A stretch of 63,015 bases of DNA, counting the filler, from Octopus bimaculoides (taxonomy: Eukaryota): the NCBI RefSeq assembly GCF_001194135.2. It is 5 parts of 4 records of this genome, joined end to end, with 100 filler letters (N's around TTAATTAATTAA, not from the genome) between each part and the next. Parts side by side here need not be neighbours in the genome. Positions count along the whole stretch, not along the records: positions 33,955 to 51,745 come from NC_068988.1; positions 51,846 to 59,614 come from NC_068984.1; 3 more parts are not named here. The stretch is one strand, 5' to 3'. Of the stretch, positions 39,877-53,489 are shown one piece after another (positions within the stretch are counted from its first letter, which is position 1; every line of letters starts with the position of its first letter). Made by a program: the position numbers and the translations under genes. A model generated the notes under the pieces. The model was not told the origin of the DNA. It made no database searches and saw nothing but the letters and a program-made list of their open reading frames with translations.

Positions 39877-39976
39877 AGAACAGCATATATAGCATAACAT
39901 CCTTACAGAGCAGAAAAATCTGTTGGTGACTGATTTTTCTGCTCTGTAAGGATTTTTATCCTATATATGCTGTTCT
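39877..39976. other. 100-nt imperfect hairpin (about 44-bp stem, 11-nt loop)
   Basis: Arms 39877-39920 and 39932-39976 are complementary apart from about 2 mismatches and one bulge. Confidence 0.9.
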
Positions 39977-42281
39977 AGCAGAACTTACGCGTTGAAAAAA
40001 ATATATCTCTCTACTTGTACTACAATACATTTCAGTGCTTTGAAACCAAAATTATGTTTATTTACATCTGACGTAATTTCAAAATATATGTTTTTGACTG
40101 CGTGTGTTGTCAAAGCAATAAATGAAAATAAATCAAGGATCTGCGTGAACCATATCCTACAGCAAGGTAGCTCTCCGTCGCTCAGTGAAACAGTTGTAAA
40201 TCGTCCATTGCTTCAAATAGCAATGACAGTCAACTGATTTCCCGTCAACTTTAGACCACAGCATACAAACATTTTTGTAGATTTGTCTTATACTGTCGGG
40301 AAAATATTCTGAAATTTCAGTTTCTCCACGAAAAATCTAAAATTGTTGATGAGTGATCGGTGCTGAATCAAAGGTTCTAACTTCATTTCGCTTAGAGTTC
40401 TCCACTCTAATACATATTTCTTCATTGAATCCTGATAGTAGAAACGAGCTTGCTATTTCCTACCAAAGAAAGGAAGAGGTGATTTCAGAACAGTAGTTAG
40501 ATTCATCTCATACTTGAGATTTACTGTTCAACAAGCTTGTATACAACGATGTTTTGATTGTATAATAATGCGCGGAGAACAATTTCCTGCATCCACATAC
40601 AGCTCCGAGAGTCTATATATTTTCAAGTTCTACGATCGTTACTTATATCGCTCAGCAACTACTAATAGAATTGATGTACACAATGATATGATTATTGTCG
40701 CTATGCAGAACATTAAACAGAATGCGGATCTTACCTGCATTGGCGAATAAGAAAATTCTATACCCCTGAGTTTAGCTTTCAATAACACTAGATATTCTGA
40801 GACACACACATGGAGAAAAGTCTGCAAATAATCTCAGACTAAACACAATTAGAGAACGGAGATGTATAACTACATCACATTTTTCAATTTTTGTTCATAT
40901 ATAGTCATAGTATCTTTAAAAATGAACTTTTGTTAATCTTCAATCAAGTTAACTTTGAAACGTGTTACAACGTTTTTTCATCGAATGTGTTGAAGCAATA
41001 TATTACGTTCCAACCATTGACAGCATTTTATGCTATCTACCACAGCACATGTTTGACATGTGAAAGAAATCTAATCACATCTTATGCTTAAATATCGTAT
41101 TTGAGTGAGCATTACATTCTCAATTATGAACCCTTATGTTATTACAGTCGATAGATCACCTGAGTTGAAATCAGTAACCTTTATACTCACATTTAGCTCT
41201 ATTTACTTGAAACTAAATATGTTACATTACTGCATAGTCTGTTCTGCTTTATCTCTATTCTGTTATATTGTTTTCTCTTGTCGAGCTAAACTTTTATTTT
41301 TTTCTGTTTGATCTGAACATGTTTTGAAGTAAAAGCCTAAAATTGTTTTCTTTTTTTCCTTTGAATTTGACAACCACTAAGGAAAAATCGTTACCACGAT
41401 AGTAAAAATGTCGAATAAAAATGTACAATACATAACTTTAGTGAGATAAGCATTGGAGACCTACGGGTAGCAGAGCTTTAACAACAAAATAAATAACGTT
41501 TGGGGTGGATTCGGTGCAACGAAAAAGTTGTAAAGGTCATGATGCAGAAAAACGCATATATTCCAAAATAATAATGACATGAACAGAAAAAAAATAAATT
41601 CAGAATTATTTTTTGCTCAAGTATTATATCGTATTTCAGATACACCGTGTTCCGTACTAATGAATGAATACACATTCCCATCCTGAAAACTGGTGTCTCG
41701 GATACAATCACCATTTCTCCCCATGAATTGTTGCCCGATACCTCAGTCACACAATCTACACGTCCTGTCCTTAATACTGATATGCATACAGACATATGGT
41801 CGTCCGACAGAACATATAATATATGCAAATCAATATTGATATACATACATATGTCGTCATCTTTAAGTGATCTTGTGCAGTAACTATGTTTAAAATGAAA
41901 ATGAGTTATGCACCGTGTACCTTGCTCTCTCCATTGCGACTCTCTCCACTCCAGAAAGATCAGATCAAGTCAATTAGACATGGAAATAGATGCAATGCAT
42001 GGCCAAAATTTCTAACCCTGATTCAAATTGCATAGTGCGACAGAGTCAGTCTTCACGTGCATGTGTAGGAGAGCTGTAATATGCTAATTAACTTCCAGCT
42101 GGAAACCTGACCAGTGCTACTGTACGGGGTCAGAGTAGACCTGTGAACAATAGTGACTGACGTGCGGTTCCACACTCTTCAAAAACCTGGTCTCTCTAAC
42201 CAGAATCCTAATACAGTATTTGTTTAAAGTCATATCTTGCACGTACATATGGATACACATATACACACATTCAAATACACA

Positions 42282-42320
<39 letters not shown>

Positions 42321-42331
42321 ACACACCCACC

Positions 42332-42369
<38 letters not shown>

Positions 42370-44159
42370 CAATGATTTTTAAAAAAGTTTGAAAGAGGTG
42401 GGAATTTTGTTCTGACTTATCTACTACTAGAGATATTATTTGCATATTTAAAATTGAGATGCTGACAATAGATATATTTCATCATAACTCTAATTAAAAA
42501 TTCACAATGAATCCCAGAAAAATTCACGGGAGAAAAAGTCGCGAAATCATTACACCTGTATAAATTTTCATTAAGTTAATTAATAAAATATGATCTTTCC
42601 TGTTATATGTAACGTTGTATGTGCAATTATTAAATAAAATGTCACATATATTCATATGTGCAATGTTGTTTCACAAAATGTGCTGCTATTGCTTAGAAGA
42701 AATGTATATTGAGTTAATTAGCGATTTATTATTTAATATAAATTACATTAACACTTAATTATATGTTAAAATTCCAATAAACCCTTATTTGACATTGTGT
42801 CCAAACTAAAATTTTACTTAATCTATAATTTTGGGAATTTTCAACAACTTAAAAGCCAACATGACTCCCTGATTGGTTCTCATGAATTGAAAGCTGAATT
42901 TTCCTCGTATTTGCCAATATAGTCTTCAAGTTGTTCTCCACGATAGCTTGGCAAAAAGAAGAATCCTATTACGACATATTCTCTCCTTTCTATATTTTCC
43001 ATTCAGATACTTCGTTTTAAAGAAGTCGCCATGCAGAAGAAATTTGTCTTTCATTCGCAGCCGATGAAAAGTCCTGTATTGACTGATAACATTCACGCAG
43101 ATAGTATTCAGAATCATCACACTCTGAAGTCGGTCATAATTCTATATATGTGTAGACATTACACAGTCTGTTTTCAAGAAGACAATAAAAATATATAAAT
43201 ATATAAGCAGAACTCAAGTTTTACTTGTCTGTATTTGCGAATTAAATATCACATTTCTGAACAACAGTGCCGTTGTGTATATGCTTCCAGTATAAAGATT
43301 ACTAGATGACTGCCTGTTTGTACCGACAATATATAATTTCTGTCTGTATGGCACGGGCAAATAGATTAGTTTTGTCGGGGTTATATAAATAAACTTCCGA
43401 TATACAGTGACCAAAGGTATAATGTAATATACGATGTAATACAATATAATGCATTATGCTATAATGTTAAATATAGCTATATATATATGCATGAATTTAT
43501 GTTTGAATAGATGTAATTTATTAGTTTGGACTTAATCAAGTAATAAAGTAATCCATATGTCTGCAAAGGACATAATACTAGAGCATTGTAGAATGTAAAT
43601 AAGATTCGTTATAGTCAATTCTCACAAGGAATAACATGTTTCACCTATGGAAAAAGTATTTTTCTAGAAATATTTCTCTATGTGGCTGACCTGGGCAACT
43701 GAAACATTGTCATATATTTAACAGATGAAAACAATATACAACAGAAAATAAGGCGCTTAACCCCTTGCCTGTCAAAAGAATTTTTATATGTTTGTCAGGA
43801 ACAAACAGGTTTGATTTCAAAGTTTTGGTTTAAGTACTTGATTAATAAAAGAATTTCATCTCATAAATCAGAAGTTACTCTTGGGTTGAAAAAAAAAACG
43901 ATAAGGTGTGTAGGATATATTGACGCCAAGGGAATATGTCCTCTCCGTTACAGATGATAACCAGAGTATGCAGATGATTGTAAAAAGAAACACAATTTTT
44001 AGGGAGTTCGAAAAATTGTGTTTGAGAACAACAGAACAAAATATAGAAGTTCTGAATTTCATTATATACTCTTACCACTTTCAGAGTCTCTCACTCTATT
44101 TTACGTGCACACACACACAAACACACACAAATGCACGCACACACGTACATACCTGTGTG

Positions 44160-44229
<70 letters not shown>

Positions 44230-44699
44230 NNNNNNNNNNNNNNNNNNNNNNNNNNNNNNNNNNNNNNNNNNNNNNNNNNNNNNNNNNNNNNNNNNNNNNN
44301 NNNNNNNNNNNNNNNNNNNNNNNNNNNNNNNNNNNNNNNNNNNNNNNNNNNNNNNNNNNNNNNNNNNNNNNNNNNNNNNNNNNNNNNNNNNNNNNNNNNN
44401 NNNNNNNNNNNNNNNNNNNNNNNNNNNNNNNNNNNNNNNNNNNNNNNNNNNNNNNNNNNNNNNNNNNNNNNNNNNNNNNNNNNNNNNNNNNNNNNNNNNN
44501 NNNNNNNNNNNNNNNNNNNNNNNNNNNNNNNNNNNNNNNNNNNNNNNNNNNNNNNNNNNNNNNNNNNNNNNNNNNNNNNNNNNNNNNNNNNNNNNNTATA
44601 TATATACACACATACAATTTTCATTCATTGTATTGCGGCAATACAGGGCATCATCTGAAAGGGTTTAATTGAAGAATCGACTCATTTGGATGCCCAGTA

Positions 44700-44790
44700 T
44701 ATCATTTCTTTTGCAGAACCAGTAAGTTACGGGGACACAAGCAACCGGCAGCAGTTATCAAGTGCTGAGTGCCAAACACAGGTACACACA
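44700..44790 (-). mobile_element. SINE S2 3' segment (degenerate)
   Basis: Reverse complement gcacttgataactgctgccggttgcttgtgtccccgtaacttactggttctgcaaaagaa matches the S2 post-microsatellite segment. Confidence 0.6.
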
Positions 44791-47200
44791 TACGCGCTCA
44801 TACACTATCGTGCGTTTATACGAGAGATTTCTTAAGTTATCCTCTAAAAAATAAACACATTTAAATTTAGTCGGCCGGCATTGAGACTGAACCGAAGATC
44901 ATATTCACGGAAAACAAGCTTTTTACCGACATAGCCATGCCTGAGTTCATATATGTGTGTGCTATTGTGCTGGTGTGTCTGTGAGATTGAATAATATGAA
45001 TATCGATTGAAAAATGGTGTTATTACTAACACATAGTAACAAAACACTCGTATAGATTTTATAAAGCACGTATATTTTTTTGCGTAACACTATTTACTTG
45101 TTTTATTATTATTGTCAGAACAAACCAAACTAAAGCAACATAGAACTGAAATTTGTTTGGATGATGACGTGTATAATAATGAAAAAAATATTAAAATGTT
45201 ACAATTGAAAAAACGACAACAACAAAAAGCAAATAATATCTCGACAAATTGTTGCGAACATTTTCTTATTGGTGAAAATATTCAATTTCTTATATTTGAA
45301 CTATTTGATGAAGTGTTATTTTAATAGATGTACTGTTATCAGAGAAAATTTCAATAAGTAAATAATAGCTTATATAAAATTATTTAATGGAAGCACGTCA
45401 AAATGTAACGAAGAAGTCAGTTAATCAATCGTATTCTGGAGATAAATATATAAGTGTATGTATATCCTATAGACACTTGAGTTTGTATACAGATATGTAT
45501 ATATATATAAATATATATATATATAAANNNNNNNNNNNNNNNNNNNNNNNNNNNNNNNNNNNNNNNNNNNNNNTATATATATATATATATGTATGTATGT
45601 ATGTATATGTATATAAGTATGTATGTATATGTATATAAGTATGTATATATATGTTGTGTCTGGGTGTGGCGGTATTTCTTTTAAACGTAGTGAAAACATG
45701 ACTATGTTATAATTTAATCTGTTTTTAAAACATAATCGGATCTACTGATGCTTTTATATTCCTCTTGTAACAATATATTTTCATTATTCTTCTTTTTTGA
45801 CGTTTGCAGGGTATGTTTCACTCATCAGTATTTGCAGTGGCTTTGTCTTCTATGTTGCCATATTTCATAACTGGTGCCTTTATTTTTATAGTTTTTTTTT
45901 GTGAGAATATGTCTTTTAGAGTGTTACTGCTCCACAACACTCAACCTGCATTTGTAACATGTAAACGTCGTATGTTAGTTGTTGCATTCAGTTTGGCGTT
46001 TTAAATCATAAGTGTTTTGTCAGAGATGCTTTGATTAAAGATACGTCGGTGCGATGTCTTAAAGGGAAGTTTTACGGAAACCCGTTTAAACATTTCTTCC
46101 ATTCTTCATTAGTGGACATAACACATCTTGTCATATGGTGTTTCAGAAGATAATTTTCCACAAAAGCATTTGTCATTAGAAAATTACTTGTTGACTTTAC
46201 ACTGTTAAAATATGTAGTATAAGATTCACGTCTGAGGACAATTTCGCCTCTCTATTGTTCATTAGTCAACGATAAAACTAGAATGAATTTCGAGAATATA
46301 CATTCAATAAGTATAGAAAATATATCCCATAATACCTCCTTGTTATTTCCTACCTCTACATCTACGCACTATCCGTTGCGGCTAGGTTTTTCTTCTGGAA
46401 TCTCCTCTACTTTGATATCTTTACTGGGCACGTTACGTTGCAACTGTCGGAACTTAATATTAAAACCAACTGGTCTCCCAGAGAACGGGCAATCTCTTCA
46501 TCGAAACCTAGTAATAAAACAGAAATAAAACAGAAATCCAACACATTACTTAAAGGTTCATATCCCGCATCGGTATGTCGTTGCGAAACGAATTTCTTCC
46601 CAACACATCGACGCCTGTGCGCACTTCTATTAATTTATAGTTTCTTAATTAGCAGCATTCCATATAATATGGCATTTGTCCAAACATGCATGCGGCTACA
46701 TATAGTTTTCATATATGTAACACTACCAAGTCAATAGTGAAATTTGCTTTTATTCTCTTGTTTATTATTTTTATTCCTTCAAAGACAGAAACACAATTTC
46801 CTTAAAGCCAAATCTGTACATAAAATAACTATATTTTTTTGTTTTAATAATATTTATTATTAGAAATTGTCTTAATGCATAATAATTATCTTTCAAACAA
46901 CATCAAGAAAATTCAATGATATAAATAAAAGCGAAGTAAAATTAAATGCATTAATATACTTAACCATAATTGAATACTAATGACTGAGTAATTTTTCAAT
47001 CAATGCATCCCACATTTAATGTAGATGCTCTGACAACTGTACATTAAGAACGACAGCATACAATCCCGTGTTGTTTATGTATTTAATGCAAATTACAAGG
47101 GAATGGTTTTCTGCTTAATGTTTTGTTTAAAGAAATACATTTTCAAAAGGCTATTATTGTTGTTACGTCATTTACGTATATTACGCTGTATGTACGTAAG

Positions 47201-47236
<36 letters not shown>

Positions 47237-47586
47237 CATATATTATATATACGNNNNNNNNNNNNNNNNNNNNNNNNNNNNNNNNNNNNNNNNNNNNNNN
47301 NNNNNNNNNNNNNNNNNNNNNNNNNNNNNNNNNNNNNNNNNNNNNNNNNNNNNNNNNNNNNNNNNNNNNNNNNNNNNNNNNNNNNNNNNNNNNNNNNNNN
47401 NNNNNNNNNNNNNNNNNNNNNNNNNNNNNNNNNNNNNNNNNNNNNNNNNNNNNNNNNNNNNNNNNNNNNNNNNNNNNNNNNNNNNNNNNNNNNNNNNNNN
47501 NNNNNNNNNNNNNNNNNNNNNNNNNNNNNNNNNNNNNNNNNNNNNNNNNNNNNNNNNNNNNNNNNNNNNNNNNNNNNNNNNNNNNN

Positions 47587-47627
<41 letters not shown>

Positions 47628-47647
47628 TATATAAATCAGTATATATA

Positions 47648-47696
<49 letters not shown>

Positions 47697-48072
47697 ATAT
47701 TTACACATATGTGAGTTTCAGACAGGGTGTGGAAAGCTCTGTGCTATGTGTGGGTGTTGGTGTGTGTGTCTATGAATGTACATAAATACATACATAACAT
47801 ATTTTTCCACACAAACACACGATAAAGTGTGTTTCTTTAATATACAACCATACAAAACATATCATGCATTAACTAAACGATGACAACGCATTTGAGTAGA
47901 GCATACATTATATATGTTAAAAGGAAAATTTTGAGAAATAGTTTCGAAGTTTCATCATTCACTGTCTTATTCATATTTAAAAACTGATTGAGTAATTACT
48001 CCGCAATTTTGAAGATACCATTCTTTAGCAAACATTTAAATAACCATAAATTTTCCCTGAATGTTTATATAT

Positions 48073-48445
48073 AGGCGATGGCTTGGCTGTAAGATGAGAA
48101 GTTTACTTCTCAACCACTTGGTTCCGGGTTCAGTCCCACTGCGTTGAAATCTTGAGCAAGTGTCTTCTATTATAGCCTCGGGGGCGAACAAAGCATTGTG
48201 AGTGGATTGGGTACACGAAAACTGAAAGAAACCTGTCGTGTATATATATATATATATGTATTTGCCCCCCCCCCATCACTTGACCACCGATGTTGGTGTG
48301 TTTATGTCTGCGCAACCTCGCGGTTCGTCATAAAGACCGATAACATAAGTATTAAGCATACACAGAATAAGTCCTGGGCTCGCTTTCTTTAAGGCCCTGC
48401 TCTAGCGTGGTCACAATCAAATGACTGAAACATGTAAAATATTAA
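48073..48445 (+). mobile_element. SINE S2, full length
   Basis: Head (gttccgggttcagtcccactgcg), body, short internal (TA)n, tail ...caaatgactgaaacatgtaaaa. Confidence 0.9.
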
Positions 48446-48898
48446 AAAAAAAAGGAATACATTAAATTTAAAGACAGCAAACCTAACGAATCCATTTTGT
48501 TCGCTGATACGGCTATGATTTGTATGTGTTTGCGAAGTAAAGTATTAGAAGAGACAAGTGATATCAAATGTACCTCACGCAGAAAATAAAGACGATAATA
48601 CAGTACACGTTACCTTGGAGAATGCCCGACTATTTCGAAGACATCTTTGCCTCCGCAGCATTTCACCTGAAGTATGTTATACGGTTTGACATGAAATACA
48701 GTGTAGTATATGATATCAAGAGCGTATAAAGGGACATTTTGGTTTGTTAATATACACACGAAAAGTAATAACTGTCTAAGAATATTAATCATCAATATTT
48801 TCAGAATGCTCCTCGGCAGACATATGTTTAGTTGAGATGATGATTTACGCACCATAAGATATACAATCAATGTACTTCAAACCAGCCTAGAAAGCTTA

Positions 48899-49112
<214 letters not shown>

Positions 49113-49611
49113 GCAGGATGCATTACTGTTTTTCACGCACCTTGCACTTAATTCCAATTAACACATCTTATTAGGCCAGTACAACATTCATTAACACCAA
49201 CATCGATGATATTATTTATTACATATAGCTGTATCACTATATTTTTATAGCTCAGCAAGTCATAGTACCAATAAAATATGTTCATTATAAACTTCAAAAA
49301 AGATTTTGAATTAATCTATATTTCATATAGTCTAAATCTAGACTTGTTGAATATATATATATATATATACTTGTAACAATGAAAAATAGCCTGGTATTTC
49401 TCCATAATGCCAAATGTTGTTAAACACCATATGACGAGAAATATTAGCTATACTAACTCAACTCAGAAGTGATATCTAAACAGGTTTCTACGCAATTTCC
49501 CTTTAACACATTTCCCTGATGAGTCTTTCAAAAATATAACTCTATGATACAATACTTATTTCCAAGGTGGCACATGTTGAACCAAATCTCTGTGACCTTT
49601 TTCGCAGCCCA

Positions 49612-49860
49612 TCACCGCGTGGCTTAGTGGTTAGCATTTTTGCACCAACAATCTCTAGATCGTGGATTCGATTCCCTGACCGGGCGGCGAGTAATTTTCT
49701 TAAGCAAAACACTCCATTTCAAATTGCTCCAGCCACACCCCCACACTTTGTTCAGACAGTGAGGATCCGTCATTTAAATTCTGAAGCAATACAAAAGCGC
49801 ATTGTAACCAGCGACGTGTAACAACATCTGGTTATCTGGTCGATCACGTAATCACCGTTT
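49612..49860 (+). mobile_element. tRNA-derived SINE with S3-like head and a different tail
   Basis: A box tggcttagtgg, B box ggattcgattc, ttaagcaaaacactccatttcaaattgctccag shared with 11900-11940. Confidence 0.65.
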
Positions 49861-51338
49861 GGTATTTTATTTTCTAAATTATTTAGTTTTTCTATACAAC
49901 ATTAGTGATTTCAATTCACAAGTGTAAGACGTAGTGTAGACGTTATACGGTTTCTGATGAAGATATTATGAAAATGAATCATAGAATACAAATGTTTTCC
50001 ACATTCCTTAAAAATATAAGTTGTTTTAAATAATTAACATCTAACTTTGTTAGACAGCATATTAATTCCTGGTTATTTTTTTCCCTCATTTCGCTGCACC
50101 ATCAAGGAAACGGATAACAAACTAATGTAAATAAAGATAAATTAATGCTTAGAAAAATGGAATGAAATGAATTTCATTTAACCGAAAGCTAGAAAAAATA
50201 TGAATCTATAAAGAACAAATGGTTAGCATAACTGAATATTAATGACATAGCAATTTCACAATCGTTGCGACTGAACTTATATTTAAATTAGTGCATACCA
50301 TTAACAATACTGACTTGTAAATTTAATTTCTAATATGAAATAGTATTCGAATGGCTTGCAAATGTATGCATATATATCTGTGTGCGTTTCTACACGCGCT
50401 CAAGATTTGTGATATGTTGTGTTGTGCATGCGTGTTTGAAAATATATTTATGTATGTTATTATAGTATGTATTATATATATATATATATATATNNNNNNN
50501 NNNNNNNNNNNNNNNNNNNNNNNNNNNNNNNNNNNNNNNNNNNNNNNNNNNNNNNNNNNNNNNNNNNNNNNNNNNNNNNNNNNNNNNNNNNNNNNNNNNN
50601 NNNNNNNNNNNNNNNNNNNNNNNNNNNNNNNNNNNNNNNNNNNNNNNNNNNNNNNNNNNNNNNNNNNNNNNNNNNNNNNNNNNNNNNNNNNNNNNNNNNN
50701 NNNNNNNNNNNNNNNNNNNNNNNNNNNNNNNNNNNNNNNNNNNNNNNNNNNNNNNNNNNNNNNNNNNNNNNNNNNNNNNNNNNNNNNNNNNNNNNNNNNN
50801 NNNNNNNNNNNNNNNNNNNNNNNNNNNNNNNNNNNNNNNNNNNNNNNNNNNNNNNNNNNNNNNNNNNNNNNNNNNNNNNNNNNNNNNNNNNNNNNNNNNN
50901 NNNNNNNNNNNNNNNNNNNNNNNNNNNNNNNNNNNNNNNNNNNNNNNNNNNNNNNNNNNNNNNNNNNNNNNNNNNNNNNNNNNNNNNNNNNNNNNNNNNN
51001 NNNNNNNNNNNNNNNNNNNNNNNNNNNNNNNNNNNNNNNNNNNNNNNNNNNNNNNNNNNNNNNNNNNNNNNNNNNNNNNNNNNNNNNNNNNNNNNNNNNN
51101 NNNNNNNNNNNNNNNNNNNNNNNNNNNNNNNNNNNNNNNNNNNNNNNNNNNNNNNNNNNNNNNNNNNNNNNNNNNNNNNNNNNNNNNNNNNNNNNNNNNN
51201 NNNNNNNNNNNNNNNNNNNNNNNNNNNNNNNNNNNNNNNNNNNNNNNNNNNNNNNNNNNNNNNNNNNNNNNNNNNNNNNNNNNNNNNNNNNNNNNNNNNN
51301 NNNNNNNNNNNNNNNNNNNNNNNNNNNNNNNNNNNNNN

Positions 51339-51745
51339 TTAGCTGTCCCAGTTATAAGCTACAGCTACAACATCCTTAACTGGACACTAAACGAACCATC
51401 TAAAATAGACAGGAAAACAAGAAAAATAATGACAGGATATAGGATGCACCACCCAAAATCTGACATAGAAAGGTTATATATACAATGCACAGAAGGTGGC
51501 AGGGGTCTTATACAGCTAGAAAACTATTATAAAATAACCACCATAGGACTGCAAGAATACCTACCCCAGAAGCAAAGAAAACTAATAGAAATAGCAACAA
51601 AACACGAGCAAAACAAAAAACTGTCTTCAGTATTTAAGGAAGCCGACAAATACAAACAAGAAATCAATCTACCTAACAAATACGAAGAAGAAGAAGAAGA
51701 AGAAGAAGAAGAAGAAGAAGAAGAAGAAGAAGAAGAAGAAGAAGA
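51339..51745 (+). mobile_element. R4/Dong-like RLE LINE fragment with expanded (GAA)n
   Basis: NWTLNEPSKIDRKTRKIMTGYRMHHPKSDIERLYIQCTEGGRGLIQLE; same family as 1-252. Confidence 0.9.
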
Positions 51746-51845
51746 NNNNNNNNNNNNNNNNNNNNNNNNNNNNNNNNNNNNNNNNNNNNTTAATTAATTA
51801 ANNNNNNNNNNNNNNNNNNNNNNNNNNNNNNNNNNNNNNNNNNNN

Positions 51846-52232
51846 TCTGAGATCGTGTGCTGGAACGAAAACAATTGCAGCGTGGAAGGTGTTTATAAGC
51901 CATTTAAAATAACACACAAAATCCGTTAGATTCACTTCAACATTTAAATTTAATTTGTCAAAATATTTTCGTCGCTTTGAGACCGCGACCTGTTCACTGA
52001 CAAAATTCTGTGCTGCATCAGAAGAGATGCAGCACAGAATTTTGTCAGTGAACAGGTCGCGGTCTCAAAGCGACGAAAATATTTTGACAAATTAAATTTA
52101 AATGTTGAAGTGAATCTAACGGATTTTGTGTGTTATTTTAAATGGCTTATAAACACCTTCCACGCTGCAATTGTTTTCGTTCCAGCACACGATCTCAGAT
52201 CAGGTCACTTGCGATGCAAGTGCATCTCCGTA
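51846..52232. mobile_element. Palindromic (fold-back/MITE-like) element: 174-bp perfect arms, 6-nt loop, right end at (TA)n
   Basis: 51846-52019 is the exact reverse complement of 52026-52199; left end is cut by a gap; right end ...catctccgTA followed by (TA)n. Confidence 0.6.
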
Positions 52233-52398
52233 ATATATATATATATATTTATATATATATATACGCATACAAATATATATATATATATATATACACACAT
52301 ACATATATATATATACATATGTATATATACATACACTTATATATACATATATATATACACATATATATACATATATATATATATATACATATATATAC

Positions 52399-52445
<47 letters not shown>

Positions 52446-52502
52446 CATATACATATATATACATATATACATATATACATATATACATATATACATACAT
52501 AT

Positions 52503-52540
<38 letters not shown>

Positions 52541-52547
52541 ATACGTT

Positions 52548-53045
52548 GGCGTGGCTGTGTGGTAAGAAGTTTCCTTCCCAGTCACATGATTCCAAGTCAT
52601 GTCACCTTAGGCATGTCCCCTTGGGCATGTCCCCTTGGGCATGTCCCCTTGGGCATGTCCCCTTGGGCATGTCCCCTTGGGCATGTCACCTTGGGCAGGT
52701 GTCTTCTATTATAGCCACGGGCCTGGTAAACGGAAACTGAAGGAAGCTTGTCGTATATATATGTTTGTGTGTGTGTGCGTGTGTACCTGTATGCGTGCTT
52801 GCGTGTATGTGTGCCTGTATGTATGTATGTGTGTGTGTGTACGCGTTTGTGTTTGTACCCCACCACTGCTTGACAATCGGTGTTGGTTTGTGTATGTCCC
52901 CGAGACTTGGCGGTTCAGCAAAAGAAGCCGATAGAATAAGTGACAGGCTTAAACAAAATAAGAACCGGGGTTGATTGGTTCGACTAAAACTCTTCAAGAC
53001 GGTGCCCCAGCATGGTCGCAATCAATGACTGAAATAAGTAAGACG
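52548..53045 (+). mobile_element. SINE S2, full length, with internal 14-bp minisatellite and (TA/TG)n
   Basis: ggcgtggctgtgtggtaag head to ...caatgactgaaataagtaa tail. Confidence 0.9.
52598..52695 (+). repeat. 7 x 14-bp minisatellite (catgtccccttggg)
   Basis: Five identical central units plus two terminal catgtcaccttrgg variants. Confidence 0.97.
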
Positions 53046-53204
53046 CAAGAGACAGTAAACGATAGCTTCGTCGATAACAACTTTCCAACGGACCAGTTGT
53101 TGTTTTCTGCAAATCTGACAGCAAGGGGACTCACCGGCTTTTCCCGTTTTCACCGATGCTTATATCTTTCGCTGAAGTACATCAACGAAAGACATACACG
53201 CTCA

Positions 53205-53480
53205 TGTAGACGTAGCCGAGTGGCTTATAAACTCGCCTCGCAACCATCAAGTATCCGATACGATTCAGTTGCTAGACGTTATGGGAAAGTCTCTTTCACC
53301 ATAACCTCAACTCAATCCAAGTTTTTTTAATGAAATTGGGTAAACGGAACTTACAGGACCCTATTAGATAGACTGTAGCTGTAGTTCAAAGGCCTAATCT
53401 TGTTACCATTGTCACATAGAATTTGTCTGAGGATTATGTGAAGGTTACAAGTGTTTGTGGAATCCATTGCTACTTATAAT
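53205..53480 (+). mobile_element. Old SINE with S2-like 5' part and S3-like 3' tail
   Basis: The 3' part (gtagctgtagttcaaa...tgtcacatagaatttgtctgagg...gtggaatccattgctact) aligns to 11965-12062; the 5' part resembles the S2 head and body. Confidence 0.55.
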
Positions 53481-53489
53481 CGGTCAACA

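Noticed and set aside
48613-48665. Possible short minus-strand exon (cttcag...AAG/gtaac)
   Set aside because: Weak pyrimidine tract, no recognisable peptide, and no consistent frame with the 46354-46507 island.
52110-52714. YI/HT/CV-repeat ORFs, and poly-I/L/Y/N/E/K ORFs elsewhere
   Set aside because: Translations of (TA)n, (CA)n, (TAA)n and (GAA)n microsatellites.
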